The position numbers and the translations under genes were made by a program. This document shows positions 59,529 through 64,000 of a stretch of DNA of 64,000 bases, piece after piece. Position 1 is the stretch's first letter. Every line of letters starts with the position of its first letter. The notes under the pieces are model-generated. The model was not told the DNA's origin and did no database searches. It saw only the letters and a list, made by a program, of their open reading frames with translations. This DNA is from Mariniblastus sp. (GTDB lineage Bacteria; Planctomycetota; Planctomycetia; Pirellulales; Pirellulaceae). The stretch is taken from assembly GCA_051010835.1 (NCBI GenBank), contig JBPCVC010000024.1, positions 8,229-72,228 of the forward strand. Direction: 5' to 3'.

Positions 59529-60936
59529 GAGGGTGGCTTTCTCTAACACTCGCAGCAGATACCTGAATAAATCTTGCATCGGTACGTAGTTGGTCGATGG
59601 TTTGCGTGCCACAGTACCCCATACCGGCACGCAATCCGCCCACCAATTGGTAAACGAAATCGCTTAACGCCCCCTTAAACGGTACGCGCCCTTCAACCCC
59701 TTCGGGAACCAATTTGCCTGGTCCGCTTTCGGTTTGTCGGTAGCGTTCACTTGATCCTTTGACCATCGCACCAATTGACCCCATACCCCGGTACGCCTTG
59801 AAGGAGCGTCCCTGGTAAAGAATCGTTCGGCCCGGGCTTTCGGCCAGCCCGGCAAACAGTCCTCCGATCATTACCACGCTTGCACCAGCAGCGATTGCTT
59901 TCGTGATGTCGCCGGAGTAGCGAACTCCTCCGTCGGCAATGATCGGTATGTTGTGTTTGTCGCCTACCTTTGCCGCTTCGTAGATCGCAGTAATCTGTGG
60001 AACTCCAATTCCACTGACAACGCGAGTCGTGCAAATCGACCCAGGTCCAATTCCTACTTTGACGGCATCCGCGCCAGCTTTGATTAATGCTTCACAACCT
60101 TCGGCCGTGGCAACATTTCCAGCAATGACGTCGATATCCCATCGTTCTTTGATCGCCCGAACCGTGTCAATTACATTTTTCGAGTGACCGTGGGCACTAT
60201 CAACGATCAAAACATCAACATCCTTGTCGATGAGTCGCTGAGCTCGATCAAGATCGTGCACACCGATCGCAGCACCGACTCGTAAACGTCCCTGCTTGTC
60301 TTTGCAAGCGTTGGGAAATTGACGCATCATGTCGATGTCACGGATCGTAATAAGTCCCTTTAGTTTCTTATCTTCGTCAATCAGTAAAAGCTTCTCCACC
60401 TTTTTTGCCGTTAAAACTTTCTCAGCTTCCTCAAGCGTTACATTCCCCGTCGCCGTTACTAAGTGTTCCGCGGTCATTACTTCAGAAACGGCGACTTCGG
60501 TGCAATCCAGGAATTTTAAATCACGTCGGGTCAAGATTCCCGCTAGCGTCCCGTCAGCATGCACGATTGGAACGCCAGATACGTTGTTTTGAGCCATGAT
60601 TTCTTTGGCGTAACCAACGCTCGCTTCTGGTGGAAGGGTTACTGGATCGACGATAATGCCGTTTGCACTTCGTTTCACTTTGTAGACTTCCTCGGCTTGA
60701 GCTTCGGGAGCCATGTTCTTGTGGATAACGCCGAGGCCTCCCATTTTGGCTAAACCGATCGCCATAGAGCTTTCGGTTACGGTATCCATGGGCGAACTTA
60801 TCAGTGGGATTTTGATGCCAATTCGCTTGGTCAATCGGGTTGCCGTTTCAACCTCAGAGGGGACAACTTCGCTGTAACGCGGCTCAATTAGAACGTCATC
60901 GAACGTGATTGCGGTGTGTCGGATTTTGTCTTGCAT
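59461..60936 (-). CDS. guaB: Inosine-5'-monophosphate dehydrogenase
   Basis: [20 protein letters not shown] pair, [30 protein letters not shown]. Confidence 0.97.
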   Translation of the reverse strand: MQDKIRHTAITFDDVLIEPRYSEVVPSEVETATRLTKRIGIKIPLISSPMDTVTESSMAIGLAKMGGLGVIHKNMAPEAQAEEVYKVKRSANGIIVDPVTLPPEASVGYAKEIMAQNNVSGVPIVHADGTLAGILTRRDLKFLDCTEVAVSEVMTAEHLVTATGNVTLEEAEKVLTAKKVEKLLLIDEDKKLKGLITIRDIDMMRQFPNACKDKQGRLRVGAAIGVHDLDRAQRLIDKDVDVLIVDSAHGHSKNVIDTVRAIKERWDIDVIAGNVATAEGCEALIKAGADAVKVGIGPGSICTTRVVSGIGVPQITAIYEAAKVGDKHNIPIIADGGVRYSGDITKAIAAGASVVMIGGLFAGLAESPGRTILYQGRSFKAYRGMGSIGAMVKGSSERYRQTESGPGKLVPEGVEGRVPFKGALSDFVYQLVGGLRAGMGYCGTQTIDQLRTDARFIQVSAASVRESHPHDIAITQEAPNYSSEAPAGESH

Positions 60937-61281
60937 TGTGAGCCTCAGAGTACCCAAAGTTTGGATTGATTGAAGCACTTCATTATGGCGTTAAATCTCC
61001 TAATTGACAATCAGTCTAAGCATGGAATCACTGAATCTTATTGGCGGTAGATTGAGTGTTCGGAGTGTTTGTGAATTTAAGCTGATTAGACGAACGCTGG
61101 GTCGAGGGAAGGTGTTTTGAACTCGGGATTTTTCCTGCTGAAACAAGTCTGTCAGGCGAGCGAAATCAGCGGTGGGGCCATCAGAGGCGGGTCCTTTGCG
61201 GAGTCTGAAGTTAGGGCAGTCGGGTTCGTTTTGGCTAACAAATATGGCACAATCGGCGAGTCAGTTTAATTCAACAAATCG

Positions 61282-62556
61282 GTGTCGTCGTTGTCATCTA
61301 GAAATACCTCAAGCAAAGTCCAGTCAGTATCCGAACTCACGCAATCGATCAAGCGGCGATTGAACGATGAATTTAGGTCTGTCTTGGTGTCTGGTGAAAT
61401 TTCGGGGATGACCAAGGCTGGTTCCGGACACATCTACCTCACGCTTAAAGACGACAAGTCTTCGATCAATGGAATTATCTGGAGGAGTGATGCTGCGAAG
61501 TTGAAGTTTGATCTTTCCAATGGTTTGGCGGTTGAGTGTCGTGGTGGCATTGACGTTTACGCTCAGCGGGGGACTTATCAAATTATCATCCGTGGGATTC
61601 GACCCCAGGGAATTGGGGCCTTGGAGTTGGCTTTTCGTCAACTTCATGAAAGGCTTGCTGGAGAAGGACTGTTTGATTCTTCGGTAAAAAAAGAACTTCC
61701 CTCGATCCCAAAGCACATCTGCGTGGTCACCAGTCCAACGAGTGCTGCGGTGCGAGATTTTTTACAGGTGTTGACTCGAAGGTGGCCCCGAATCCGTGTG
61801 ACGGTCGTGCCTGTGAAAGTTCAAGGGCCGGGAGCAGCTGAGGAGATTGCTGAAGCAATTGGATTGTGTAACAGTATGAGTGAGTCGGTAGATGTCATTG
61901 CAGTCACACGTGGCGGCGGTAGCGTCGAGGATTTGTGGAGCTTCAACGAAGAGATGGTTGTCCGTGCAATCTATCAAAGTGAGATCCCGGTTATCTCGGG
62001 AGTTGGTCATGAGATAGATGTTACGCTCGCTGATTTAGTAGCCGACGTTCGGGCGTTGACTCCAAGTGAGGCAGCTGAGAGATTGGCTCCCCAATTCAGT
62101 GAGATAACCGGCGGATTGGACGCTGCTTCGGAACGTATGACGAAACTGTTGCTGGGGCGACTCGATCGTGCTCGTCGCGAGCTGGCTGTGTGGGGGACCC
62201 GGCCAGTTTTAACTCAGCCGCTTGAGCGTCTGCGTGAATCGGCGATAGAGCTTGATTTTCTCGAAAACTCAATGTCACGATCAGTTCGAGGGCATCTAGC
62301 GGATGCGAATCGGGAGCTCGTTTCGATGACGGCACGACTGGATGCGATTAGTCCCCTGGCTGTTCTCTCACGAGGCTACAGTTTGACGTTGGATTCAGAG
62401 GGGACGCCAATCCGGGATCCTGCTACATTGGCCCCAGGAGATCGGTTATTTACTCGATTGTCCGGGGGCACGGTTGAGAGCATTGTTGAATCGACTGAAA
62501 AAGAAATTGGAAATCCCGAAAGGCAGGACGGTAGTCTGCGGACGGGCAAGGGTTGA
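61282..62556 (+). CDS. xseA: Exodeoxyribonuclease VII large subunit
   Basis: SVSEL, GEIS, SGHIYLTLKD, VTSPTSAAVRD, RGGGSVEDLWSFN, GVGHEID, TPSEAAE, L.RGYS. Confidence 0.96.
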   Translation: MSSLSSRNTSSKVQSVSELTQSIKRRLNDEFRSVLVSGEISGMTKAGSGHIYLTLKDDKSSINGIIWRSDAAKLKFDLSNGLAVECRGGIDVYAQRGTYQIIIRGIRPQGIGALELAFRQLHERLAGEGLFDSSVKKELPSIPKHICVVTSPTSAAVRDFLQVLTRRWPRIRVTVVPVKVQGPGAAEEIAEAIGLCNSMSESVDVIAVTRGGGSVEDLWSFNEEMVVRAIYQSEIPVISGVGHEIDVTLADLVADVRALTPSEAAERLAPQFSEITGGLDAASERMTKLLLGRLDRARRELAVWGTRPVLTQPLERLRESAIELDFLENSMSRSVRGHLADANRELVSMTARLDAISPLAVLSRGYSLTLDSEGTPIRDPATLAPGDRLFTRLSGGTVESIVESTEKEIGNPERQDGSLRTGKG

Positions 62557-62685
62557 TGCCCTGAATGGCTTTCGGGTAATTTTGTCGATGAATTGGGAGT
62601 CTGTGATTTTTGTTTGATCGGTGATAAAATGACGCGTAACGGGGAAGTTTACTTGAAGCTGGCGAGCGTTAATTGAAGGATTGTT

Positions 62686-63066
62686 TTGGCGAAAAAGAAA
62701 TCAGCAAAGAGTGCTTCCAAAGAGGTTCCTTTTGAGGCATCGTTGGAACAGTTGAGAACTGTCGTTGCCGAGCTTGAAGCCGGGAATTTGAGTTTAGGAG
62801 AATCGCTTGAAAAATATGAAGTGGGGATCACGAGCCTGAAGGCTTGTTACGCGGCGTTAAACGCGGTGCAGCAGCGAATCGAATTGCTTGTCGACCTCGA
62901 TGAAGAAGGTAACCTCGTGACCGCCACTTTTGACAATACTTCGTCTGAGCAGTTGCGAGAGGGGACTCGGCGAGGATCGCGAGCGTTCGTGACTGAAGAA
63001 AGTACCGAGGAATACGCTGCCGATGGCGATTCTGAGGACGTGGACGATCAGGAGAGTTTGTTCTAA
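62686..63066 (+). CDS. xseB: Exodeoxyribonuclease VII small subunit
   Basis: FEASLEQL..VV.ELE.G.LSLGESL..YE.G. Confidence 0.92.
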   Translation: MAKKKSAKSASKEVPFEASLEQLRTVVAELEAGNLSLGESLEKYEVGITSLKACYAALNAVQQRIELLVDLDEEGNLVTATFDNTSSEQLREGTRRGSRAFVTEESTEEYAADGDSEDVDDQESLF

Positions 63067-63160
63067 AATTGGTTAGAAATTACAGTGAATCACGGTTAAC
63101 ACAAATCGGGACGTCAATGTTTACTTGTTCATTCCAATCTCAAATCTCCCGTCTGGAACC

Positions 63161-64000
63161 ATGTGGATGACTGCTTCGGATACGACCTTGTTCCCGCCGG
63201 AAATCGAGTCTTTTCGGCACCAAATAGATACTCAGTTGGAGAGCTATTGCCAACTTGATGCGGATTGTCCGGAACACCTTCGTGAAGCGATTGAGTATTG
63301 TCTGCTCGCCCCTGGAAAGCGTATTAGACCGCTGCTTGTTTTGACCGCGGCCAAAATGTGTGGTGGTGATCTGGATAATGCGATGCCTGCCGCTTGCGCG
63401 GTCGAGATGATTCACAACTATTCATTAATTCACGATGATCTACCGGCGATGGATGATGATGAGCTTCGCCGCGGCCGGCCGACGTGTCACGTGAAATTCG
63501 GGGAGGCGACAGCGATTCTAGCTGGGGACTCATTGATCCCCATGGCGTTCGGTATTGTTGCTCGCGACATTCAACCGGCGGAAATTGCACTTCGGTGTGT
63601 GGAGAGGCTGGCATTGGCGTCGGGGCCAACTAGACTGGTAGGCGGGCAAGCAGACGATTTAAACCTGCAGTTTGCGGCACCAAGTGTTCAATCGCTGGAG
63701 CATATCCACCGCCGGAAAACGGGTGCCTTGTTGACGGTCTCGCTGGAAATGGGGGCGCTTACCGCGTCCGCAAACGCTGAATTGCGGGAGAGCTTGGTAA
63801 ATTATGGTAAAAACCTAGGTTTGGCATTCCAAATCGTCGATGATCTGTTGGATCTTAGGGGATCTCAGGCCAAAATGGGAAAGAAGATTGGGAAGGATGC
63901 GGCACTCGGTAAACAAACCTATCCGGCTGTGCTTGGCGAGGCTGCTAGTGAGGAGAGGGCGCACCAGATGGCCGAGGCGGCGATTGATGCATTGAAACCT
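63161..64000 (+). CDS. ispA: Polyprenyl synthetase (farnesyl diphosphate synthase), truncated by the window end
   Basis: Hand translation: GKRIRP, IHDDLPAMDDDELRRG, ILAGD, KTGALL, FQIVDDLLD, GKDAALGKQTY; follows xseB. Confidence 0.9.
   Translation, partial: MWMTASDTTLFPPEIESFRHQIDTQLESYCQLDADCPEHLREAIEYCLLAPGKRIRPLLVLTAAKMCGGDLDNAMPAACAVEMIHNYSLIHDDLPAMDDDELRRGRPTCHVKFGEATAILAGDSLIPMAFGIVARDIQPAEIALRCVERLALASGPTRLVGGQADDLNLQFAAPSVQSLEHIHRRKTGALLTVSLEMGALTASANAELRESLVNYGKNLGLAFQIVDDLLDLRGSQAKMGKKIGKDAALGKQTYPAVLGEAASEERAHQMAEAAIDALKP

Noticed and set aside
59529-59630. Track start of the 57471 ORF giving a 170-nt overlap with guaB
   Set aside because: It lies within conserved IMPDH coding sequence; the open frame there is most simply incidental.
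609-63629. The many short ORFs in the track that lie antisense to or overlap the called genes
   Set aside because: They are shadows of well-supported CDS on another frame and carry no recognisable motifs.
1-64000. Genome-wide reassignment of TGA (genetic code 4 or 25) as the explanation for the two in-frame TGAs
   Set aside because: TGA ends many genes at their natural C-termini (e.g. 1734, 16962, 27469, 35714), and Trp is encoded by TGG right beside the recoded codon.
1-64000. CRISPR arrays, tRNA/rRNA (including tRNA-Sec), transposases, integrases, prophage genes
   Set aside because: No regularly spaced repeats, cloverleafs or mobile-element motifs were seen by eye. A tRNAscan-SE/Infernal run would be the formal test.

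Overview
Chromosomal segment of a bacterium whose gene repertoire looks planctomycetal (Pirellulales-like). This is inferred from the sulfatases, redoxin/Cu-monooxygenase, PmoA-like and SHD1-like proteins and the skp-lpxC-lpxA gene order. About 50 CDS, mostly housekeeping: ilvA, ilvC, ppc, hemC, lpxA, lpxC, cysS, guaB, xseAB, a partial ispA and a kynB-like/kynU/kmo kynurenine cluster. I saw no rRNA, tRNA, CRISPR, IS or prophage. The main results are not in the supplied ORF track. (1) Two genes with in-frame UGA at redox motifs are probable selenoproteins: a SelW/Rdx protein (1792-2010, CxxU, absent from the track) and a thioredoxin-fold lipoprotein (33659-34303, WUGWC, split into two ORFs in the track). 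Each has a hairpin with an AGUU apical motif 22-23 nt after the UGA, a candidate lineage SECIS. (2) An identical CGTTACA-N5-GTTACGT direct-repeat box lies upstream of both an OmpR-type regulator/kinase operon and the following DUF4139 gene, suggesting a self-contained regulon. Also notable: a sulfatase-HEXXH zincin fusion, a redoxin-haem c-PHM-type dicopper monooxygenase, an AAA/unknown/TerB trio, a GnnA-like gene coupled to lpxA, a flippase-GT2-putative GT-C cluster, an extended aromatic amino acid hydroxylase, and a terminator in the ilvC leader.
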